From: Ascoidea asiatica JCM 7603
Taxonomy: Eukaryota; Fungi; Ascomycota
Reading direction: 5' to 3'
NCBI GenBank assembly: GCA_001600695.1
Contig: BCKQ01000013.1
Location: 126,045-190,044, forward strand
DNA: 64,000 bases
Under the pieces are notes generated by a model. It searched no databases and was not told the origin of the DNA. It was given only the letters and a program-made list of their open reading frames with translations. Positions 33,401 through 44,100 of this stretch are shown in pieces. The position numbers were made by a program, and so were the translations under genes. Position 1 is the stretch's first letter. Each line of letters begins with the position of its first letter.

Positions 33401-35454
33401 TAAGATAAATTTTCAAAAAAAGAAAATTTTAAAACCCCTCATAAGTAAAACCTATATAATAATAAACAATCGTAATAGCATTTTTAAGCATAAAACAAAC
33501 TGAATCATATAAAAACTTGAACTTTTTCTCAAATAGCCGATTGAGAATACCATATTATAATTTGATTTTATTGAAACTCTTGTTAAATCAAAGTTTATCT
33601 TTTAAATTATTATCAACGAGATATTGTTTCAACTAAAATAGAAAATAAGAAGAAAACAAATTTTCGGATAAAATGTACATGACTGAATTTATATTCAAAA
33701 CAGATTGTGAGATATTTGAAAATTTTTCAGTAATATTAAGTTTATATTTGAATCTTTCTGCTTTCTGAACTCATCTTGGAAATTTTATTTGAGAAAATAT
33801 GGACATTCAGGTTATTGAATAGAACTTTTGAAATTCAAAAAGCTACAAACAATAATTAAAGAGAGCTCTGCGATTGTTCTCTTCATTTTATGAGAAACAA
33901 TAGTGAATTATCTAGAAAGAAAGTCAGAGACAAATCCAAAATAAAATTTCCAATTTGTTTTTGCAATATATGATTCTCACCATTTCTTCTTTTAGGAATA
34001 ATTCTCTCTGAAATAAATTAGGATAATTAATAAAAAAAGTAAAGAATCCATAAATTTTCCTTTTTCAGTCTGCTTGTAGAACTTAAAGCTTTCTAAAGGT
34101 ATCAGAAAAGTGATAAAAATAAATTCATTTGTAGCAAGGTCTAATAGTATGATTAAGATTTTCACCATTAGAGAGGAAAACTCTTTTAATTGGCACCCAC
34201 AATATAAAGGAAAATAATTCCCTTTCATATTACTCAGAATAAAAAAGTTTTTATTTCATCAATTGTCGCGATATCTCAACGATTGAATAATAATAGGAAA
34301 TGAATTATCAGCAGACATTTAATATATGAATTTTTGAATTGATTGTATTTGCTTTTATTACAAGATCAGATTTTCTTCGAAAGATTGAAAAAATGATTAT
34401 TGTATACCATAATCATATATCGAATCTGAATTTCAAAATTGAAACCAAATAAACTAATCAATCTTATGAGTTTTAAATTGACTAACTACTCCTAAAAGCA
34501 AAGTAAAAAAATTCTCATTATGTTATAAACGAGATTTCTAATATAACTTTCGATTTTACTTAAATTGATAAATAATTGGAATAACTTCAAAATATGAAAA
34601 AATATTTACTTTTGCTTGAATTCCGGCGTAGTTTTCCAATAAACATATTCTACTAGCTGCAGTTATTACTATTTAATAGCTCTAAGTTATGTGAGATTAG
34701 AAAAGGCTATAATATTAACAGCCTAATAGCCAATCAAATAGCAAGCTATAATACAAAGATATAATAATGGAAAAAAGTTGCAATCAGCATATGGCAGAGT
34801 CACTTAAAATGAAAAAAACTGTGATATTTCAATGATTAATGATTGATATTATTAGATTCATTATTATAATCAATATATTTATCCCCGAAATGAATATCAT
34901 CTTCGAGTTATCTGATTTTTAAGAGTATTTTAATGTAAATACAAAAAAGAGAAAGTGTCATAAACTCTTTATCCAAGGGGGTTTTATTTGAATTACCAGA
35001 TTCGTTAGAGCGTATATCGAATGACATCAATATGGAATTGCCAAAAAAAATGGGTTTTTATTAAATTTCAATAAAAAGAGAATAAAAAATTCTGCTTATA
35101 AAAAATCTGATACATCAATAAATGGTTGATTGTTGATTGGCAACTTCAAAAATCTGATCTTTTACTTTATAGTGAACTGGAAGTGATAATATCCTAAATG
35201 ACTGTAGATTGAAAGTTTTTTTTTATAAATCAAAATATCGAATAATAAGCAACCATTTTAAAAATGATATAATTATACTTTTATTTCCGAAGCTTGAAAA
35301 TAATGAGCACTATTAAAGTACAGCAAACAATTGCAAGGAATTAGGCCAAATTAAAAAAGTAGGAAAGAAATAATTTTAAGTTGAGAAGGCAAGAGAAGTG
35401 ATATACGAATATTCATTCAAATAAAAAAATAAAAAAACCAATAAGATATAAAAT

Positions 35455-36636
35455 TTAATCTTTTAAAATTTCATCTAAAGATATATCAGAAGGAATAGTT
35501 GCAGCTTTTTTCCAAAATTTATTTACATGACGAATTCCAGAGTCTGAAGCAATTATTACAATTTTTTTATTTTTACCTAATTTTTTAGCAGCTTTAACCG
35601 CAGCAACACAACTTATTGCAGAAGAAGAACCCCAAAATAAAGCATCATTAACTAATAAAAATTTAGCCATTTTTAAAGCTTGATCATCAGTAACTCTTAT
35701 TGCTTCATCAATATAATCTTCACCTTCTTGAAAATTTTTTGTAATTCTATTTAAACCAATACCTTCAATAATGGTATCAACTTGATGTCTTCTTCTATGA
35801 CCTTCTTTTTCAGTATTATTATACATTACACCAAAATTAATTCTATTATAAAATCCACTACCTTGTGGATCAGCTAAGAAAACTTTTAAATTTGATAATT
35901 TTGATTTTAAAAATTTAGAAATTCCAGTAATTGTACCACCAGTACCAGCACCAGCAACAAAAGCATCAATATTACCATTTAATTGATTATAAATTTCAGG
36001 ACCTGTTGAATTATAATGAATTTTCCAATTATAATCATTTTCAAATTGATTTGCGAAAAATCCATTAGAATTATGAGATTTATCATTTGTGAAATTTATT
36101 GATAAATTTTTCGCCACATTAATATTATTATTTGGATCAATAATTGAAGATGGTTTAAGTTTTTCAACTTTTGCACCTAAAGTTTGTAATAAATTAATTT
36201 TATCAGGAGAAGTATCATTTGGTACAGATATATGACATTTATAACCTAAAGAATTTGATAAAGAAGCAAATGAAATTCCAGTTGAACCTGAAGTACCTTC
36301 AAAAATAGTATCACCATTATTTGGTTTAATCAAATTTTCAGATTCTGCTTTTTTAATTAAATAATATGCTAATCTATCTTTTGAAGAACCTGAAATATTA
36401 TATAATTCTAATTTTGCATAAATTTCACAATTTGTATAATTTGATAAAGATTTTATTAAAAAAATTGGAGTATTACCAATTAAAGATTCAATACCATTTT
36501 TTAATGGAGTTGGTAATTTTGAATTAGATAAATTTTTATTAATTTTTTTATTATTAATATAATATTGATAAATTGAGATTATTAAAGCAGAAATAGAAAC
36601 AGTTGTTGTAATATAAGTTTGCCAAGATTTTGTCAT
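35455..36636 (-). CDS. MCY1: Cysteine synthase-like PLP enzyme with N-terminal membrane anchor (YGR012W type)
   Basis: LIGNTP, SGSSKDR (PLP lysine), EGTSGSTGIS, NQFEN, GAGTGGT, and the subfamily signature EKEGHRRRHQVDTIIEGIG. Confidence 0.9.
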   Translation of the reverse strand: MTKSWQTYITTTVSISALIISIYQYYINNKKINKNLSNSKLPTPLKNGIESLIGNTPIFLIKSLSNYTNCEIYAKLELYNISGSSKDRLAYYLIKKAESENLIKPNNGDTIFEGTSGSTGISFASLSNSLGYKCHISVPNDTSPDKINLLQTLGAKVEKLKPSSIIDPNNNINVAKNLSINFTNDKSHNSNGFFANQFENDYNWKIHYNSTGPEIYNQLNGNIDAFVAGAGTGGTITGISKFLKSKLSNLKVFLADPQGSGFYNRINFGVMYNNTEKEGHRRRHQVDTIIEGIGLNRITKNFQEGEDYIDEAIRVTDDQALKMAKFLLVNDALFWGSSSAISCVAAVKAAKKLGKNKKIVIIASDSGIRHVNKFWKKAATIPSDISLDEILKD

Positions 36637-36852
36637 CTTTTGAATAATAGATTATATTATATTGTATTATATTATATTAATTTATTGTTTATTCATTGAT
36701 ATTGATTTATACAGTATATCAATATTATGAAAATTTGTATCTTTATTATACAATAATTCTAGGTTAATAAATATAATTTAGATCCGTGAAAAAGAGAGAA
36801 AAGTGAAAAAAAGGGCCTGTTGACGATTAAGCGCCGACATATTTTATATTGT

Positions 36853-36918
36853 TATTGATATTGATATTGATATTGATATTGATATTGATATTGATATTGA
36901 TATTGATATTGATATTGA
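36853..36918. repeat. (TATTGA)11 microsatellite
   Basis: Perfect hexamer run between CKS1 and MCY1. Confidence 0.95.
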
Positions 36919-36993
36919 TATTAATATTGATATAGACATGTATATTGAAAGAGATATATAAAAGTAATATATTATGCTATGTTATATAGGTAA

Positions 36994-37425
36994 TTAGTAT
37001 CTATTATTTGAATCGAAATCTTTCGCTCTTTTAAATAATAGAATATGAGGTTCAGGAGCATGAGTTTCATAATGAACCCAACCTAAAGATTGAGTTATAC
37101 CAAGACCTCTCCATTCTTGTTCTAATAAAATTTTTAAAGTACCAGTTTCTGGATTAAAATAATCATTTGGAATAACTTTTAACATATTTTTAGGTAGTAT
37201 TACATGACGATATTCAAAATTATCATCTGAATATCTAATATGAAATTTAAAGTATAATAAATATAGGTAATTAGTAAAAATGTAATAAATTATAAGATTA
37301 TTTAAGTAATTAAGTAATTAAGTAGAAAAATAAACATACCTTGCAGAATAATGTATTTTATCTTGAAATTCAAAAACTTTTGCTTTTTCAGAACTTGTTA
37401 AACATCTTGGCTGTTGAGAACCCAT
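36994..37425 (-). CDS. CKS1: CDK regulatory subunit, 108 aa; exons 37425-37340 and 37234-36994
   Basis: The spliced product [51 protein letters not shown]...[30 protein letters not shown] is continuous Cks1. The exons total 327 nt, in frame. Confidence 0.96.
37235..37339 (-). other. Spliceosomal intron in CKS1 (105 nt, phase 2)
   Basis: 5' GTATGT, branch-like TACTAAT (37270-37276), 3' TAG. Removal restores the conserved HYSARYSDD. Confidence 0.93.
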
Positions 37426-38297
37426 AATTTGAAATTATTAATATGAAATATGATGAAATAAGATAGTATAAGATAGAATGAAATATTATGAGATAAATGA
37501 AATGAAATGAAATAGGATAATATTATATTATAAATAAGGATAAGTAATTTCAAAAATTGAATAAATATATGAATAATTTATGATTTCAATGAATTTTAAT
37601 GAAATTTGATATATTATACTATATTGATATAAAAATATTAACAAAGTAATAAAAATCCAATAGAGTAATAGAGTATTATAAAGATATGAAAATATATAAT
37701 TTTAAAAATTGACGATTGATAAGCCGAAAACTTAAATAAATAGTTAAATAATAATATTATTTAAATTTGAAGTTAAATATCCTTAATATAATTAGACGAC
37801 GACTTTAAAATTATGATAATATTGTATATAATAATAAACAAAATAAGACACACAATACAATAGAATACAATAGAATAGAACAGTAGCTTTGATATTTATA
37901 TTAGTTTTGATCTATTTATTTTCAATCACTTCACCTTTATATTCTTTATATTCTTTATATTCTTTATATTCAGTATATTCAGTATCAATATTCTGTATTT
38001 GATTATTATTGTAATATTAAATCGTATTTTATTAGTGATTAGAGATTATTTATTTATTTTCTGGTACTGACAAAGCGCAAAGTGCAAAATCACAATCAAA
38101 ATGGAAATGGAAATGGTCAAGCGATGCTCATGAGAAGTTGAAGGGAAGTTGAAGGGAAGTTGAAGGGAGTTTGAAGAGATTCGCTCGTCTGGAGCTTGTA
38201 ATGGTGAGCCACAGGAAGCAAGGCTGGTGGAGGTGGCTAGAAAAGAGCAGAAAAAAAAGAAAAACTGAAAAAAAAAAGTTTAGATATAACAAGAAGA

Positions 38298-38386
38298 CGA
38301 CCCCGGACAGGATCGAACTGTCGATCTTGAGATGATCTGTTATTTGAATAACAGTCTCACGCCTTAGCCAGCTTGGCCACGGAGTC
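38298..38386 (-). tRNA. tRNA-Asn(GTT) with 15-nt intron (38334-38348)
   Basis: Cloverleaf GACTCCG-TG-GCCAAGCTGGCTAAGGC-G-TGAGA-CT[GTT]A-(TTCAAATAACAGATC)-A-TCTCA-AGATC-GACAG-TTCGATC-CTGTC-CGGGGTC-G. Acceptor, anticodon and T stems pair. An oligo-T Pol III terminator lies about 20 nt downstream. Confidence 0.96.
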
Positions 38387-38939
38387 TCTTTGATGGAAAT
38401 TAATAGAATAGAATTTGCTATTATGAAAAACCCTCTAACCACGTGCTGTTATTTAATTCCGGCTATCGGGTAGGTTTATATCAGCCCTCGGAGTTTTATT
38501 CGTGGCTCAGCAGTGTTGTTCGTGGTGTTTGTAGTGTTTGTGTGGTTTGAAGCCGTGGCTTGCCTGGCGCAGTAACATGTTTTCTTTGATCTCACCCGTT
38601 AAGAGTGTTAAAGCACCTAAATCTCTTAAGTCTCTGGAGAGTTGCAATATATTAATAATTTCTCCATGAAGAGCTCATTTTCTCGTACTTTCACCATAAG
38701 CAAATAATTTCATCTTGTTATTTATTCATCATAAATAATTATTTTCATAGATAGATATAATCAAATTTATCGAATTAACTGATTCTTCAATATTCATATA
38801 AATATCTACATTCACATCACTTTAATATTCTTTATAATCCTCATATTCTAATATTCATATAATCATACATTCATCTACTCATTCATTCATAATCACATAC
38901 ATATACATATACAATCACAAATACAAATTTCAAAAAAAA

Positions 38940-40850
38940 ATGATGAAAATAGAAACAAATTTAAAATTTAAATCAAAATCAAAAATAATTTCAAGAGATG
39001 AAATTGAATATAGAATTGCAATTGGTGAAGCAATTGTAATTTTTGAAAATTATGTTTTAAAATTAAATAATTGGATTGATAAACATCCTGGTGGTGATAA
39101 AGCTATTCATCATATGATTGGTAAAAATGCAACTGATGAAATGAAATCATATCATTCTTTTAATTCAATAAATAATTTTAAAAATTTTTCAATTGGTAAA
39201 ATTAATTATAATTGGATAAATTTTTTACCTCCGATTCAAGGTGGTTTATATAATTCAAATTTATTTAATCCTAAAATTGATATTATCACAATTAATACCC
39301 AAGATAATGATCAGAATAATAAAATTGAAAAAATAAATTCATTAGATTCTTCTTTTAATTCATCATTAAATTCTTCAATTATAGATTCATTTAATTCTTC
39401 AATTTCTTCTTCAATTTCTTCTTCAATTTCTTCTTCAATTTCTTCTTCAATTTCAAATATTTCAAATATCTCAAATATCTCAAATGATTTTTCAAATAAT
39501 TTTTCAAATAATTTAATATTAAAATCTTCAAATAAAAATCATTTAAAAAAAAATTTAAATAAAATTCCAATTGGTTCTTCAAATGTAATAATAACTCCAG
39601 TAATTAATCAAAATTTAATTTTAACAATTGATAAATCTTATTTATTTAAAAAAAATGTAATTAAAGATCCAGAAGATTTAATTGATAATTATGATAATAA
39701 TTTAATTTTAAATGATTTAAATTCATTACCTTCTTTAGATTATAAAACTCAAAATAATTTATCAAAAAAATATAATATTTTACATCAATATGTTTTAAAT
39801 AATGGTTATTATAATTGTAATTATTGGTCTTATTTTAAAGAATTTTTAAGAATTTCTTCATTATTAATATTTTCTTCTTCTTTTTTTAAATTAAATCATT
39901 TATTTCTTTCTGCATTTTGTTTAGGTTGTGCTTGGCATCAAATGACTTTTATAGCTCATGATGCTGGTCATATTTCTATAACTCATAATTATCAATTAGA
40001 TAATTTTATTGGAATGACAATTGCAAATTGGTTTGGTGGTTTATCTTTAGGTTGGTGGAAAAGAAATCATAATGTTCATCATTTAATTACAAATGATCCA
40101 ATTCATGATCCTGATATACAACATTTACCATTTTTCGCAGTTTCTACAAGACTTTTTAATAATATTTATTCAACATATTATGAAAAATATTTATATTTTG
40201 ATAAATTTTCAAAATTTTTAATTAAAATTCAAGAATATTTATATTATCCAATTTTATGTTTTGGTAGATTTAATTTATATAGATTATCTTGGACTCATCT
40301 TTTATTAGGTTTAGGTCCAAGAAAAGGTAAAGCTGCTTGGTTTAGATATTATGAATTAATTGGTTTATCTTTTTTTTTTTATTGGTTTTTTTATTTACTT
40401 GTTTTTAAACAAATTAATAATTGGAATCAAAGAATTCAATATATTCTTGTTTCTCATATTACTACAATGTTAGTTCATGTTCAAATTACTTTATCTCATT
40501 TTGCAATGTCAACTTCTGATCTTGGAGTTTCTGAATCTTTTGTTTCAAGACAATTAAGAACAACAATGGATGTTGATTGTCCAGAATTTATTGATTATTT
40601 TCATGGTGGTTTACAATTTCAAGCAATTCATCATTTATTTCCAAGATTACCAAGACATAATTTAAGATCTTTACAACCAAAAGTTATTGAATTTTGTAAT
40701 GATGTTGGTTTAAAATATACAATTTATGGTTTTGGTAAAGGTAATGGTGTTGTAATAAGTAAATTAGCTGAAATTGGAAGACAAGCTAAAATTTTATCTG
40801 ATTGTACAAAAGAAATGAAAAGAGAAGCAATGGGTACAAAAAAATTTTAA
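38940..40850 (+). CDS. SLD1: Delta-8 sphingolipid desaturase (cytochrome b5 fusion)
   Basis: HPGG heme motif, histidine boxes HDAGH, HNVHH and QAIHHLFP, and HDPDIQHLPFFA. Confidence 0.95.
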   Translation: MMKIETNLKFKSKSKIISRDEIEYRIAIGEAIVIFENYVLKLNNWIDKHPGGDKAIHHMIGKNATDEMKSYHSFNSINNFKNFSIGKINYNWINFLPPIQGGLYNSNLFNPKIDIITINTQDNDQNNKIEKINSLDSSFNSSLNSSIIDSFNSSISSSISSSISSSISSSISNISNISNISNDFSNNFSNNLILKSSNKNHLKKNLNKIPIGSSNVIITPVINQNLILTIDKSYLFKKNVIKDPEDLIDNYDNNLILNDLNSLPSLDYKTQNNLSKKYNILHQYVLNNGYYNCNYWSYFKEFLRISSLLIFSSSFFKLNHLFLSAFCLGCAWHQMTFIAHDAGHISITHNYQLDNFIGMTIANWFGGLSLGWWKRNHNVHHLITNDPIHDPDIQHLPFFAVSTRLFNNIYSTYYEKYLYFDKFSKFLIKIQEYLYYPILCFGRFNLYRLSWTHLLLGLGPRKGKAAWFRYYELIGLSFFFYWFFYLLVFKQINNWNQRIQYILVSHITTMLVHVQITLSHFAMSTSDLGVSESFVSRQLRTTMDVDCPEFIDYFHGGLQFQAIHHLFPRLPRHNLRSLQPKVIEFCNDVGLKYTIYGFGKGNGVVISKLAEIGRQAKILSDCTKEMKREAMGTKKF

Positions 40851-41179
40851 TTTTTTAAATTTTTTAAATTATTTATCAAAATTTTGTTATTAAGAAAGAA
40901 AAAAGAAAATATTGTTTTATAAAAAGGAATATAGATCACATGATATACAGCATACATATATACAAATAAAAATAAAAATAAAAATAAAATTAGAAACAAA
41001 ATTTGAAATAATAATATAATAGTAATAAAAATGAAAAAAAAAATTGTGTCCAAGATTGATTGATAAGTAAATTTAAAATAAAAAAGATAACTAAAACAAA
41101 AAAATAAAATTAAGTAAAATATAATAAAAATGTTCCAAAAGAAAAATTTAATCCAAGGAAATATAATGTCCATAAAGTA

Positions 41180-44100
41180 TTATTTGCTTTGATCATTCGA
41201 TAAATATTGAGCCCAATCTTTTAAACTAAAACTAGATGGAACTTCACTTACTTCAATAGATTCAGATTCTGAACTGGACAGTATCATTCCATTACCGTAA
41301 AGATTATCTGAATTTCCACTAAGTATTGCTTGATCATTGAAAAAATGAATATTTTGATTTTTCAAATCATTAAGAAAATCTGTTTTTCTACTCTGAAATC
41401 CATTCAACGAAAAATCTGAAGCATTAAGTATAATTGTAGGTACTCCATCAGTATCAATAGTTGATTCAGTTCCAATTTCTGGAAATAATTCAACAGGACC
41501 CCAAGTTGATAATATAAAAGAATCCATCAATTGAGGAACATTATAAGACATTCCATATTCACCCCACGATTCTAAAGAATCAATAATAGTATTTGAATTT
41601 TTATTCAATTGATCCTTATCAAAAGCACTTTGCTTGTTAACATTGCTAGAGTTATTGATAGTATTTTTTGTTTCTCCTTGAAAGTTATGATTTTGATCAG
41701 ACTGACCACTAAATTTTTCTTTAACTCCATTATTCATGTTTAGCTGATTATTGTTAGTATTACCGCCCTCATATACATTTTGATAGTGACCATTCGAAGG
41801 ATTATTCTCCATTCTAGAAAAGCTAACATTATGTTGAATGTTTGGAATTTGACTGGATCCAGAATATTCACCGGATGGTTGATTATTCAGCAATGGCCCT
41901 TCTGATGGAGGAAATTTTTGTATATGTTGTTGTTGAATGGGTATATTAGGAGGATATTGTTGTTGCAGAGGAAATTGCTGACGGGGAAAAGGTGGATGTG
42001 ACTGTTGTTGTTGAAATGGCAGTTGAGAAATAGGTTGCGAATAAGGTTGTTGTGATAAAGGTGGTTGAACGGAACCCTGATTCACGAGAGGAGGAAGTTT
42101 TGGAGGAGTATTATTATCAGAAATTGAAGGATACATATAAGGTGGTATATTTTGCGGTATATTTTGCTGAGGATAATACAGACCATTATTGAATGAACTA
42201 TTTTTAACTGACATTGGACTTTGCCCGGGAAACTCTGATCTTTGTGATGAATAAGAATTATAAGGAGGTTGGGCTTGATTTCTTGAATTAGGGATATTGG
42301 AATATACCTCTCTTTCTTGATTAGAGTGAATACTATTTGCATATAAATCACCATTAGGTTGTTGTTGTTGGGAAGAAGGATAGTTATTACCAACTGGGTT
42401 AACTGGTGCCGTCTGAGATTGAAAAGGGTTTTGAGTGAAAGGTAAATTACTACCTTTACTTTGAGATTGAGGTTGTGTCATATACGTTTGTGTGTAGTCA
42501 ACAGGAGGTTTTTCTTCATTCCAATGGGATTTATAGGCTGGAGGTTCATTTGGATTTAATGAAACAGAATCAGGAGAATGTGAACCAGAATCCATTTTTT
42601 GATCTGGTTCTTCAGGTTGATCAGATAATTGACTTTTATAATTATTTACAATATCTTCAATGCTGAAACCTCTTCTAGAAGATTTAGGTCTAGTATATCT
42701 AAGCTTATTTTTTGATTTAATTTTTTTAGAGTATGAATTATTTTTTAAGAAATCTTTAACAATTTTTTTTCGAATCAGAGGATTACATCTAATTGTTTCA
42801 AATAATTTTAAACAATATTTTCCTAATTCCCAAAATTCAATACAACGCTCAACGTAAGAATAACATTTTCCAAAATAATATGTTGCAGTTTCTTTAACTA
42901 TTGGATTTGGTGAATCTAAATGATAAACAAATATAATACAAGCATAAAAAATTGAATATAATATAATACCATTTGCATGACCAAGATCTCCATGTTTTAC
43001 AATATCATCAACAATTAAAGCCAATTGTGTTGCAGAATAAAAAGCAATATTTTCATTAAAATTTAATCTTTGTGGTTTTTTTAAATTTGGTTGTGGTTTT
43101 TGACTTTTTTTCAAAAATGAAGAACGATGAAGTAAACAAATAACAGTATAATAATTAATATAAGAAATAGCAGCATGTAAAGAATAATTTTTTCTTGAAT
43201 ATTTTAATTCTGGAGGAAGTTTTTTAACCCATTGTGTTAATAATTGATCAAAAACAGCAATTAATTGAGGTTTATTTTCTTTCATTTCAGATCTTACAGA
43301 AAATACTTCTTTTAAAATTAAACCTAAAAGCATATATAAACTGCAATAATTCATAAAAAATAAAGCTCTTCCTCTATCTATTGGTCTTAAAGGAACAAGA
43401 CCAAGTTCTGGATCAGTTTCATCAAAATCAGAATGTTCAAGCATGGCAACATCGCAATCAACTAAATCTATAGAACAAGGTCTACCAAAAATTAAAGAAA
43501 GTCCTCTATCTCTTAAAAAAAGATACCACCAAATTAATTTCCAAGATTTTTTTTCAATTAATGAAAGATCAGAATGTGCTACACTTCTTTGAAAACCATA
43601 ACCTTGAGCAACAGCAATTGCAACTCTATTCCAATAAAATGCATTACCTGTAACATCTTCAGGACCTTCCCAATACCAACCAAATAAAATTAAAGATTGA
43701 ACGATAGATAATGGATCTTTTTCATAATTTGATTCAAATAAAGCTTTTGCTCTTTGAAAAAAAGTTGAACTTGAAAGTTTATTTGAACCTTTACTATCTT
43801 TTAAAAGATCATTAACACAAACTCTTGAACCTGCTAAAAGAATACTTTGTAATAATAATAAAGAAGGAGGATTTTCAGGATCATGAAATCTTTTCATAAA
43901 CCAAGCTTCACTAACAATAGGTGTAACTTGATTAATATGATTAAAATAAGATTTAATTATATCCATTGTTAAAGATTTTGAAGGTAATAAAAAAGCACCT
44001 CTTAATTTTAAAATTTCAAGTTCAACAGTATCAATATTATCAGAATTTATAAATCTATTATAACCAGTAATTGAATAATGACTTGATTTATTTTGTTTTG

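Noticed and set aside
31265-34228. Short ORFs 31265-31495, 31892-32107 and 33992-34228 as transposon fragments
   Set aside because: No RT, integrase, gag or transposase motif, LTR pair or TIR was recognisable by eye. An HMM search could still reveal relics.
35270-35300. TTTCCGAA resembling point-centromere CDEIII
   Set aside because: There is no RTCACRTG CDEI at ~85 or ~165 bp upstream, no extremely AT-rich CDEII, and the flanking CDEIII bases do not match.
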